Assembly: GCA_001871415.1 (NCBI GenBank)
Contig: MNWW01000058.1
Span: 110,483-130,482 of the forward strand
DNA length: 20,000 nucleotides
Reading direction: 5' to 3'
Source: Candidatus Woesearchaeota archaeon CG1_02_57_44
GTDB taxonomy: Archaea; Nanobdellota; Nanobdellia; Woesearchaeales; CG1-02-57-44
This document shows positions 1-7,421 of the stretch, piece after piece (position 1 is the stretch's first letter; every line of letters begins with the position of its first letter). The notes beneath the pieces were generated by a model. That model had not been told where the DNA came from, searched no databases, and saw only the letters and a program-made list of their open reading frames with translations. The translations under genes were made by a program, and so were the position numbers.

Positions 1-374
1 TCGAGCAGCGCGTAGAGCAGCTCGCGGATCCCTTTTATCCCCTTAAAGGCGCTGACCTCGGATCGCTCCTTGGCCATCTCCTGCTTGAGCCGCAGCTCTG
101 GCAGCAGCTGCTCGAACTGCTCTTTCTTCTCATCGATGTACTGGGAGATGCGTCCGGGGTCGGTCGCCTGATACTGGTTGCGCCGTCCCTCCTTGATGAA
201 TGACACGAATCCCTTGGCGATGAGCTTGTTGAGTGTCATGTGCACGACAGAGCTCTGCAGGCCGCTCTTCTCGATGATCGGGCCTGCGGTGGACTCGCCA
301 AGCTCCAGCAGCGCCAGATAGGTACGTATCTCTGCATTGCTGAATCCCAGGTCCTCGAGGATGCGCGTGTCCAT
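1..374 (-). CDS. TrmB-family transcriptional regulator, N-terminal part (runs off the window edge)
   Basis: Not in the ORF track. My translation from ATG 374 is MDTRILEDLGFSNAEIRTYLALLELGESTAGPIIEKSGLQSSVVHMTLNKLIAKGFVSFIKEGRRNQYQATDPGRISQYIDEKKEQFEQLLPEL...VSAFKGIKGIRELLYALL, open to position 1. It has the TrmB winged-HTH pattern (LGxxxxExxxYxxLL...LxxKGxV) and is collinear with the paralog at 6333-7079. Confidence 0.9.
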   Translation of the reverse strand, partial: MDTRILEDLGFSNAEIRTYLALLELGESTAGPIIEKSGLQSSVVHMTLNKLIAKGFVSFIKEGRRNQYQATDPGRISQYIDEKKEQFEQLLPELRLKQEMAKERSEVSAFKGIKGIRELLYALL

Positions 375-396
375 GCTCGCTCTGTGGGCAGGGCGC

Positions 397-470
397 TATT
401 TGAATGTTACTGTTTTCTCCACCAAAACTGGAGAGTGAATCTATATATCGCGGTGTGTTACTACTGTGGT
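397..470. promoter_or_regulatory. Divergent archaeal-type promoter region with candidate operator sites
   Basis: TATA-like CTATATAT at 441-448 (+). Weaker TTCAAATA on the - strand (404-397), 22 nt before the TrmB ATG. Inverted repeat TCTCCA-N7-TGGAGA at 416-434. Motif TGTTACTACTGTGGT at 456-470 nearly recurs at 6126-6139. Confidence 0.55.
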
Positions 471-507
471 ATTGTAATAAGCAAGGATCACAGAAGAGGT
501 GAACGAG

Positions 508-612
508 ATGACGAAATTTGACGGACATTCGAAAAAGACACTGGCTGATGGGCTTGAGGTGCCTATGGATACGCAAGCTATCGTGCGCTGGCGCGCCTAC
601 CAGGGGGTGTGA
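508..612 (+). CDS. Small protein, 34 aa (MTKFDGHSKKTLADGLEVPMDTQAIVRWRAYQGV), unknown function
   Basis: Strong GAGGTGA SD (496-502) 5 nt before ATG 508. First ORF after the TATA box. Stop codon lies 2 nt before the next ATG (615). Below the ORF-track length cutoff. Confidence 0.55.
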   Translation: MTKFDGHSKKTLADGLEVPMDTQAIVRWRAYQGV

Positions 613-614
613 GC

Positions 615-1232
615 ATGAGACACAAGAATCCTGCGTACATGGTGGCAGCAGGGCTGAGTATTCTGGCGGCTACTGCAGGGGCTCCTGCTGCAGATGGATG
701 GGTTGCGCTCACTCCTGCGGTGCAGGAGGGCGGCGTGACCTTGCGGGTCGAGGAGAGCATCAGTGTGGGGCCCCTGACTGAATACGGTTTCCTTGATGTC
801 GGTCCTGACAATGCAATCTATGGCGAATCGCGCTTCAGCTTGCCGTTGGAACGCGTGCTGCCGGGGGTCGATGACTCCCTGCTGTCACGGCTTTCCCTTG
901 TGGGTGAGATTGATGCGGGTTCTGGTATGCAGCCGAGATTCCGCGCAGGCATCGGCGGCAGCTATGCTCCCTGGCAGGGCAACACCTCCGGCTTTCGCGT
1001 CATGCCCTTCTCGAGCTATGGGGCTCCCCAAGCGACGCTGTACTCCTACCAGCACCTTGGCGATGTCGACCTTGGAGGTTTTATCGACCTGGACAGGAAT
1101 GGCTGCTATGGCGAGATAGAGGTGACAGTACGGATTGATCCGCACCTGAGGGTGCTCGCGCAGGCACGCGGCTGCAAAGGGAGTGCGGGCGCGGATGTGG
1201 TGCCGTTGCTTGGTCTGAGGTGGGAGCCATGA
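615..1232 (+). CDS. Secreted protein with a predicted beta-barrel fold (Tsx/DUF5020-like), 205 aa
   Basis: Signal-peptide-like N-terminus (MRHK...YMVAAGLSILAATAGAPAA). About 11-12 short amphipathic beta-like segments, an internal repeat (YGFLDV..YGE / GGFIDL..YGE) and a C-terminal PLLGLRW. ATG 615 is preferred over GTG 609 because GGGGGTG lies just upstream as SD. Confidence 0.6.
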   Translation: MRHKNPAYMVAAGLSILAATAGAPAADGWVALTPAVQEGGVTLRVEESISVGPLTEYGFLDVGPDNAIYGESRFSLPLERVLPGVDDSLLSRLSLVGEIDAGSGMQPRFRAGIGGSYAPWQGNTSGFRVMPFSSYGAPQATLYSYQHLGDVDLGGFIDLDRNGCYGEIEVTVRIDPHLRVLAQARGCKGSAGADVVPLLGLRWEP

Positions 1233-1280
1233 GCGAGTCTGCTATGCATTCATCCCCGCAGGGGATACGAGGTGATGCGC

Positions 1281-1649
1281 ATGGACACAGCACTTGAGGC
1301 GCGCCTCAACGCGCTGCTGCAGGCTGACGAGCGCGAAGCCATAGGGGCTCTCATCGCAGGACGGGACAGGGAGACACAGGTCGCGATGAACCGCCTTGCA
1401 TGCGGTTATTTTCTGGAGCAGGGGCAGTATGTCGATGCTGTCTTCTGCGCGAGCCATGCGGGTGATGGAGACAGGGTATTTGAGATACTCGACATCCCGG
1501 ATGCTCGTCAGCAGGCACAGGAATTCATCCCCTCGAATGTCTATATCCAGTGCTCGCATGGCACGCCGCTCGGCTTGCTGAATACCCCGTATCATGACCT
1601 ATACTGGATGCTGCATTTCCACGCCGGGGCGAGAAAACCGACGACTTGA
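1281..1649 (+). CDS. Hypothetical protein, 122 aa
   Basis: GAGGTGA SD at 1269-1275 before ATG 1281. Same orientation as the upstream genes, and it fills the gap to the convergent Fur gene. No recognisable motif. Confidence 0.65.
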   Translation: MDTALEARLNALLQADEREAIGALIAGRDRETQVAMNRLACGYFLEQGQYVDAVFCASHAGDGDRVFEILDIPDARQQAQEFIPSNVYIQCSHGTPLGLLNTPYHDLYWMLHFHAGARKPTT

Positions 1650-1659
1650 TGTTCCCTTT

Positions 1660-2154
1660 CTATTCTTCTTGATTTTTTTTCTTTGCGCTCGCTGCCGGGT
1701 TTCTTCGGGATCTGGCCCTCATATCTGAAACGCATTCTTCACAGGTCCCTCGCACCTCTATCTGGAAGCTGCTTATAGTCCCGGGTATCTTCTCCTGCAT
1801 GAAGTCGAGCGAGTCCACGTCGAAGTGGATGACTTCGCCTGTCTTCTCGCACACGAAGTGGCAATGGCTCATCTTGCTGGTCGTATAGACAGTCTTTCGG
1901 TTGCAGAGGTAGGAGCGCACCTCGCCCGTCCTCTTCTTGTCCCGCAGGAAGCGGTAGACCGTGGCGATGCCCATTGATCTTGCCTGCCGTGATGCATCCT
2001 GTCTCTTACATGCGCTGGTGTCTCCGCTGGTGTCTCCTTTGACTGGGGCTGCCTCGGCAGCTATCCTCAGCTGCTCTGCTGAAAAGAATGGGGGCATCTT
2101 GCGGAGCGCGGAACCCAATGCCTTGTACTGATGTGTGGTTCTGCTACGGGGCAT
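1660..2154 (-). CDS. Fur-family metalloregulator (probably Zur-like)
   Basis: Fur motifs: RTT-Q, FFSAEQL, GIATVYRFL, HCHFVCEKTG-V, C-terminal G-CEEC. AGGTGA SD upstream. Divergent from a ZIP transporter. Confidence 0.88.
   Translation of the reverse strand: MPRSRTTHQYKALGSALRKMPPFFSAEQLRIAAEAAPVKGDTSGDTSACKRQDASRQARSMGIATVYRFLRDKKRTGEVRSYLCNRKTVYTTSKMSHCHFVCEKTGEVIHFDVDSLDFMQEKIPGTISSFQIEVRGTCEECVSDMRARSRRNPAASAKKKNQEE
2014..2037. repeat. Perfect 12-bp tandem duplication within the Fur gene (encodes GDTS-GDTS)
   Basis: GCTGGTGTCTCC occurs twice, at 2014-2025 and 2026-2037. Confidence 0.9.
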
Positions 2155-2243
2155 GGTCTCACCTTCTAGGAAGATGTCTTGCTATGATTGTATTGCGTCA
2201 CTGATTGTTGCTGGACACGTGTCTCCTGCCAGGTGCTCTTGTT

Positions 2244-2277
2244 CTTATTGATATAGTAAATCAATAAGGTATATATA
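2244..2277 (+). promoter_or_regulatory. 25-bp palindromic operator abutting the TATA box of the ZIP gene
   Basis: CTTATTGATATA-G-TAAATCAATAAG (2244-2268) is a 12-1-12 inverted repeat with one mismatch. TATATATA at 2270-2277 ends 22 nt before ATG 2300. Confidence 0.8.
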
Positions 2278-2299
2278 GGTATGGGCATTCGCAATCTCC

Positions 2300-3052
2300 A
2301 TGCTCCTGGCAATCATCCTCGCCACCGTGCTCATAAGCTGCATATCGCTCGTTGGTGTGTTCTTCGGCGACGCGCACATCCGCAAGTTCATGCACTATTT
2401 CATCAGCTTCGCGGCCGCCGTGCTCATCGCTATCACTTTCTTTGACCTGCTTCCTGAGGCGCTGGAAGAATTGGAGCTCATGGGGGTGCATCTAGAACAC
2501 GCGCTGGTGTGGGTAGTCGTTGGCATCGTGCTCTTCTTTTTGGTCGAGCGATTCATCCACTGGCATCACTGCGATAAGGATGATTGCCATGAGAGGCCGG
2601 CGGGTATGCTCGTTCTGACCGGTGATTTTGTCCACAACTTCATTGATGGCCTGCTCATCGCTGGCGCTTTTCTGCTCAACGTGCCTACGGGCATCGTGAC
2701 GTCTATCAGCGTCGCTGTGCATGAGATTCCGCAGGAGATAGGTGATTACGCGGTGCTCATCCACAGTGGCTACTCCCGTGGCAGGGCGCTGTGGCTGAAT
2801 TTCCTCTCGGCGCTGTCTGCGGTTATAGGGGGCGTCCTGGGCTATTATTTATTTGATTCTTTCACGGGCATCGCGCCGTATGCCGTCCTGCTCGTCGCCG
2901 GAGGGTTCCTCTACATCGCGCTCTCTGATATCGTCCCGGCGCTGCATCGGCATCATTCAGAACGCAAGGTGCAGTTGCTGGAGACGCTGCTGTTTGTCGG
3001 TACCATGGTGGCGGTATACTTCCTGCTCGGCGCGCTGGGGCATGGGCACTGA
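2300..3052 (+). CDS. ZIP-family divalent metal (zinc) transporter
   Basis: Multiple hydrophobic helices, LLPEA motif, His-rich loop HWHHCDKDDCHE, HNFIDG and HEIPQEIGD signature motifs, FLYIALSDIVP. Leaderless start. Confidence 0.95.
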   Translation: MLLAIILATVLISCISLVGVFFGDAHIRKFMHYFISFAAAVLIAITFFDLLPEALEELELMGVHLEHALVWVVVGIVLFFLVERFIHWHHCDKDDCHERPAGMLVLTGDFVHNFIDGLLIAGAFLLNVPTGIVTSISVAVHEIPQEIGDYAVLIHSGYSRGRALWLNFLSALSAVIGGVLGYYLFDSFTGIAPYAVLLVAGGFLYIALSDIVPALHRHHSERKVQLLETLLFVGTMVAVYFLLGALGHGH

Positions 3053-3160
3053 TATCAGCCACCGACATCCGCTCAAGAACCCGACGATAGCACCGCGCAG
3101 GCAACAGCGCAGGAATCATGCCTTTCGCTCTATCCCTTTCTCACTCTTCGTCCATGTGTC

Positions 3161-3838
3161 TTAGTCAGTGGCGGTTGTTGGACGCTTACCTGCTCTTGCC
3201 CACAGCGCCAGCATCGCAAGGTATGCCGCGGTGATGCTGACGGCCTGCCAGACCTGGCTGCTGGCTACTTGCTGCCCGATGAACGGGCGCGCCAGCACAG
3301 AGATGCAGAACGCCGCTATCAGGCTCATGCCTGCCATGCGCTCCTGCTTCGCGAAACGCGGCAGCTCCGCCAGCGCGCACAGCATCAATCCCCAGGGGAT
3401 GAGGTTCTCAAGCACTATGAGCAGGGTCGTCGTCAGCTCCGCGTGGCCTCCCAGAGACTGTATGAGCGCGATGAAGCTGCCCCAGGCGAAGGCAGTATTC
3501 GTCGGGGTGGGTGCTGGGTTGAAGAGCATGATCGCTGCCGCGATGCCCACCAACAGCCAGGCAGGCTTTCGCAGCTTCTCTTTGCGTGTGAGCAGCAAGA
3601 CTGCTCCGATGGTCAGCAGCGTTAGGTGCAGCAGCACCCATGCGAGATATGCGAACACCTCTTTACTCTGCAGGCTGCCGATGATGAGTCTGTGCTTGAG
3701 CGCCAAGGTCACGAAGACGAACAGGATCGTCGCCTTGGCTCTGAGCGACCAAGACGAGTGCGTGTCTGCATGGTCCTGCTTCGCTGCCCTGCTCGCAGGT
3801 TTCGCTTTCCCTCTTTGCTCTTTGCTGCTCTTGTCCAT
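3161..3838 (-). CDS. Hypothetical integral membrane protein (about 6-7 TM segments), 225 aa
   Basis: Lys/Arg-rich N-terminus followed by several hydrophobic stretches. Start reassigned to ATG 3838 (MDKSSK...) because a GGGGGT SD and a TATA-like ATATAAAC lie upstream on the - strand. Confidence 0.7.
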   Translation of the reverse strand: MDKSSKEQRGKAKPASRAAKQDHADTHSSWSLRAKATILFVFVTLALKHRLIIGSLQSKEVFAYLAWVLLHLTLLTIGAVLLLTRKEKLRKPAWLLVGIAAAIMLFNPAPTPTNTAFAWGSFIALIQSLGGHAELTTTLLIVLENLIPWGLMLCALAELPRFAKQERMAGMSLIAAFCISVLARPFIGQQVASSQVWQAVSITAAYLAMLALWARAGKRPTTATD

Positions 3839-3933
3839 GATACGATACCCCCTTGGCGATGATGGGCGGCGTGGTTTATATGGGTTTGTATGGCTTCCAA
3901 GGGGTGATGCCGTGTCTGCTTGATCCCCTATCA

Positions 3934-5349
3934 TCACCTCGCCTCCCAGTGCGCCACCCTCGTCGTGCCGTGCAGACCATCCTGCAAGGAGAGGAGGGCG
4001 TCTCTGACGACATCAGGGCTGATATCGCAATACTGCCGCACGAAGAGGTCGCTGAGCAGGATATAATCGATATTGTCTTCGCTGAGCAGGTCAGTGCCTG
4101 TCATCTGTCCGTATCGCTCCACGATTGAGGGGTTCTGCATCGCCTGCTTGAAATATGCTGAGCCGGGAAGGACCTTGAGCATGTTGATGCTCATGTCATC
4201 GACGTTTGGCATGGTGGCCAGCTGCTCGATGAGCGCTACATTCCTCTGCAATGATCCTGCGCTCTCTCCCGGGATGCCCAGCACGAAGGATGGCATGACC
4301 GTGATGCCCTGCTCTCCCAGCAGTGCCACTTCCTCGACCAGCTTGTCGATGGTATAGGAACTTGCGTATCTTCCTTGCATATGGTCATTAGTCTGCCTGC
4401 TCTCAGCGAAGTAGCGCACGTTCTCCACGCCCATGAAGATGTTGACGAACCCTGCTCCTTTGAGCCTGCGCGCCAGGGTCTCGCCGTTCACCATGCCTGG
4501 GTGCAGGTAGCCTCGCAGTCTTGTGCCGCTCAGGTGATCCGGCCTCGTGGCGATGATGCCCTCGAGCGCCTGCACCGGGAAGATGTCAGCTGTCTCGAAG
4601 ACATAGTCGATGCCATAGTCTCGGTCCAACGCATCTATCTGCTCCCAGAATCTTTCTGGGCTCACATGGCGCCTTCCATTCACCGGGATACTGCAGTAGT
4701 CGCAGCGGTTCGTCCTGAAACATCCGCGAGCGGTGCTGACGGGAAAGGCACTGTGCGCCGCTGCGTCTTCACCGAGCCGCTGCCAGGTATAACCCCCCAC
4801 TAGCTGCTTTGGTGTCATGGGCGGGATTTCTTGCAGGTCCAGAGAATAATCCGGGGTGTTCTGGGTGATGGTTCCATCGCCCGCGCGATACGCGAGGCCA
4901 GGTATCTGCCCAAGGGGCGCGTGCTGCAGAAGCATCTGCAGGGCCTTCTCGCCATCGCCTTCAACGACATAGTCTGCTCCAGGTTGATTGCGCAGAATCC
5001 TTTCGGACATCCCGCTTGTGTTGGGGCCTCCTATGATAATCCCGGCATGCGGGTTGGTCTTCCTGACCTTCTCCACCAAACGCATTCCATCTCCGTGGCT
5101 GCTGAACCAGACGCTGATCCCTACATACGCTGCCTCTCTGGCCGCCTCCAGCATGGCGTCTTCACCATACCTTGGGCCATTGGCGTCGTAGACAGGGATG
5201 CTCTGGCCGGTCCTGCCCTCGATGTAGCTCGCGAGCGTGAGCAATCCTGTGGGCGGGATGTATCGCTGGTTGAGTGCCTGGCCGAGGGTGTGGCGAGGGT
5301 TGATGAGCAGGGCACGGGATGGCGCGCCTGCTTCGGGTCTGGCCTGCAT
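3934..5349 (-). CDS. Cobalamin-binding (class B-like) radical SAM protein
   Basis: N-terminal B12-binding-domain pattern (LLINP, PPTGLLTLASY, VGIS, IIIGGP, DYVVEGDGE). RGCFRTNRCDYC cysteine cluster. Radical SAM core elements (IFMGVEN, FVLGIPGES, PGS). Confidence 0.9.
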   Translation of the reverse strand: MQARPEAGAPSRALLINPRHTLGQALNQRYIPPTGLLTLASYIEGRTGQSIPVYDANGPRYGEDAMLEAAREAAYVGISVWFSSHGDGMRLVEKVRKTNPHAGIIIGGPNTSGMSERILRNQPGADYVVEGDGEKALQMLLQHAPLGQIPGLAYRAGDGTITQNTPDYSLDLQEIPPMTPKQLVGGYTWQRLGEDAAAHSAFPVSTARGCFRTNRCDYCSIPVNGRRHVSPERFWEQIDALDRDYGIDYVFETADIFPVQALEGIIATRPDHLSGTRLRGYLHPGMVNGETLARRLKGAGFVNIFMGVENVRYFAESRQTNDHMQGRYASSYTIDKLVEEVALLGEQGITVMPSFVLGIPGESAGSLQRNVALIEQLATMPNVDDMSINMLKVLPGSAYFKQAMQNPSIVERYGQMTGTDLLSEDNIDYILLSDLFVRQYCDISPDVVRDALLSLQDGLHGTTRVAHWEAR

Positions 5350-5350
5350 C

Positions 5351-6091
5351 CTACTCGCCCTCGACCTTGCTTGTGCGCTGGCCCCTCTTTATCTCATAGA
5401 TGCTGAAGTCGCCTCGCTGCAGGCCTTCGGCAGAATCGATGCGCTCCTGCTTGCTGACATGATAGCCGAACCGTTCTGCATGAGCCGCTGGATCGTTCTT
5501 CGGCCCTGCGAAATGAAAATAGGGCATGACGATGACACCACGGGGCTCCAGATGGTCCTTCGCATCGACCAAGAACCTGTTGATGAGGTCGGTGCCGCCC
5601 AGCATGGAGGCGCCAAGACCCTTGGGGTCTTGACCCATTGCCTCGGGACGTTCAGGGAAGAACGGGTGATTGAATACGATGCATTCATAGCGTGTGTTTG
5701 GCAATGTGTCGAACAGGTCGCTCTCGTAGCAGGCCACCCTGTCCTGCAGGCCGGACAATCGGGCGTTGTATCCTGCATCGGCCACTGCCAGCGGGTTGAT
5801 GTCGGCGAGGTCGACATCAGCCGCCCCGAGCATCGCCATGAGCAGGCCTTGGGTGCCCGGGCCGCAGCCCATATCAAGGCATCGTCTGCCCGCGAAGAGG
5901 TTCTGGTTCGCATGCAGGTATCGGGCCAGCAGGATGCCTGAGCTCATGATGTCAGAGCCGAACACGCCATTGCTGATGCGCAGGGGCAGCTGCAGATGCT
6001 CGCTCACAGGAACGTTGTAGGTTCCGGTCGGCCTATCGTGGCGTGCTATCTGCCCTAGGACCTGCGCTGCCTGCTCCTGTGTCAAGGTCAT
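5351..6091 (-). CDS. Class I SAM-dependent methyltransferase (HemK/PrmC-like fold)
   Basis: LDMGCGPG motif I, ADINPLAV..A..N, SDLF, and IVFNHPF at the position of NPPY/F. GGAGGTGA SD. Stop codon lies 1 nt from the radical SAM ATG. Confidence 0.88.
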   Translation of the reverse strand: MTLTQEQAAQVLGQIARHDRPTGTYNVPVSEHLQLPLRISNGVFGSDIMSSGILLARYLHANQNLFAGRRCLDMGCGPGTQGLLMAMLGAADVDLADINPLAVADAGYNARLSGLQDRVACYESDLFDTLPNTRYECIVFNHPFFPERPEAMGQDPKGLGASMLGGTDLINRFLVDAKDHLEPRGVIVMPYFHFAGPKNDPAAHAERFGYHVSKQERIDSAEGLQRGDFSIYEIKRGQRTSKVEGE

Positions 6092-6125
6092 GTGCTCATC
6101 ACCTCCATTGTTCTGAGCAATTTGT

Positions 6126-6170
6126 TGTTACTATGTGGTGAAATGACCGTGGGAGATATTAATTATATCT
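6126..6170. promoter_or_regulatory. Promoter/operator of the methyltransferase-radical SAM operon
   Basis: AT-rich palindrome AGATAT-TAATT-ATATCT (6154-6170), TATA-like. Motif TGTTACTATGTGGT (6126-6139) near the expected transcription start. Confidence 0.55.
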
Positions 6171-6332
6171 TTACCCTTGGGGGTCGTAGTTTATGTCTAT
6201 CCTGGCCACTATTGCTTCTTGGCCGTCCATTTGGCTCATTCTGTGTGGGGGGCGGGGAAAAATAGTGAAAATACTGTCCCCTTTGGGGGTCTGATAGGAA
6301 GTTTTTTATGCAGCAATGCCTTGGATATCCTT

Positions 6333-7079
6333 GTGGAACCACGAATCCTTCAGGACATCGGCCTGACCGATGGAGAGGCGCGCGTGTATCTCGCGCTGCT
6401 CGCTTTGGGGGAATCAAAGACAGGACCGCTCGCCAAAGAGGCACGAGTCTCATCATCCAAGGTGTACAAGATCCTGGACCGCCTCATGGTCAAGGGACTC
6501 ACTGGCTTTGTCACCAAAGGAAAGACAAAATATTTCTCAGCAGTGGACCCCCAGCGGCTGCGCGAGTTCGTGGCGCGTCAGGAACAAGAGCTTGAGCGCA
6601 GGCGGACTGTGGTGGAGCGGCTCATCCCTGAGCTGGAGACGGCGCAGAATCTTGCCCGCAAACCAGATGCGGTGGTGTACGATGGATTCAAGGCAACCAC
6701 GAACTTCTTTCGCAGCCTGCTCGAGGAGCTCGGCAATGGTGATGAGTATCGCGTGCTCGGCGGCAACTATGGCACGACACAGGGGCTTCGGCCATTCTTT
6801 CAGAACTATCATCGGCAACGTGCGGCAAAGGGCATCAAGGTGCGGATGCTCGCCAACCATGGGGTGCTCGGCAACATCGAATCCACCACCCTGCAGCAGG
6901 CTGAGGTGCGCTATCTGCCGGAACGCTTCGTGTCGAGCATGCAGGTCACCTTCTATGGCAGCAAGGCGTTCATCACCTTCTGGACCAGATCTCCGACGGG
7001 ATTTCTCATCAATGACCCTGAGGCAGTCAGCAGCTTCGGCTCGTACTTTGATGCGTTGTGGCTGATGGGCGAGAAGTGA
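6333..7079 (+). CDS. TrmB-family transcriptional regulator, 248 aa
   Basis: IGLTDGEARVYLALL..G...LAKEARV....VYKILDRL..KG winged HTH, then a coiled coil and a C-terminal effector-domain-like region. Start reassigned to GTG 6333 by alignment to the paralog (MDTRILEDLG vs VEPRILQDIG) and TTTTTTAT (6302-6309) 23 nt upstream. Confidence 0.9.
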   Translation: MEPRILQDIGLTDGEARVYLALLALGESKTGPLAKEARVSSSKVYKILDRLMVKGLTGFVTKGKTKYFSAVDPQRLREFVARQEQELERRRTVVERLIPELETAQNLARKPDAVVYDGFKATTNFFRSLLEELGNGDEYRVLGGNYGTTQGLRPFFQNYHRQRAAKGIKVRMLANHGVLGNIESTTLQQAEVRYLPERFVSSMQVTFYGSKAFITFWTRSPTGFLINDPEAVSSFGSYFDALWLMGEK

Positions 7080-7112
7080 TGTATCCTTTTGATTATTTTT
7101 AATTATTAAAAT
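7080..7112 (+). terminator. T-rich tract after the TrmB gene, candidate archaeal terminator
   Basis: CCTTTTTGATTATTTTTAATT directly after the stop codon in a GC-rich background. Confidence 0.45.
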
Positions 7113-7345
7113 CTGATTGGTTCTTGCGCATGATCTCCTGGCGCCATTTCTTGGCACCAGGAGCGCCAATACTTTTGCCGGGGTATTCGCTCGCAGGTGA
7201 GATTAACGACCCTGCGATCCATGGACCCTCGCATGGTTATGACGTCGACATGGTCGCTCACTGGCATGCGCCAGCGCAGATGACCTCTCCGAACCTGCAG
7301 CGTGGAGAACTCTTCCTCTATGCGTTGCGCGAGCGTTGAACTCAT
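7106..7345 (-). CDS. Possible small hypothetical protein, 79 aa
   Basis: Fills the gap downstream of ilvE in the same orientation. No well-spaced SD and no motif. An opposite-strand ORF (7124-7339) competes. Confidence 0.3.
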   Translation of the reverse strand: MSSTLAQRIEEEFSTLQVRRGHLRWRMPVSDHVDVITMRGSMDRRVVNLTCERIPRQKYWRSWCQEMAPGDHAQEPIRF

Positions 7346-7421
7346 GCTGTGGGGGCTGCGGTCGGCGCTCTCACCTACGCTGCTTGGGTGTCGCTTACAA
7401 GGTTGGTTGGCCTGAGGGAAT

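Noticed and set aside
130..576. 148-aa minus-strand ORF and the 240-521 plus-strand ORF
   Set aside because: They overlap the TrmB gene (1-374) in another frame or strand and cross the promoter region.
1229..1297. 22-codon ORF overlapping the barrel stop, and the hairpin ATCCCC-GCA-GGGGAT (1252-1266)
   Set aside because: The ORF overlaps the better-supported 1281 gene. A single 6-bp stem is not enough to assign a function.
3168..3923. 251-aa plus-strand ORF
   Set aside because: It is antisense to the membrane-protein gene, which has an SD, a TATA-like box and a coherent hydrophobic pattern.
508..5349. The 34-aa sORF as RiPP precursor for the radical SAM/methyltransferase pair
   Set aside because: It lies over 3 kb away in a different transcription unit and shows no leader/core pattern.
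6177..6332. N-terminal extension of the second TrmB
   Set aside because: Paralog alignment and TATA spacing support GTG 6333. The extension is intergenic sequence.
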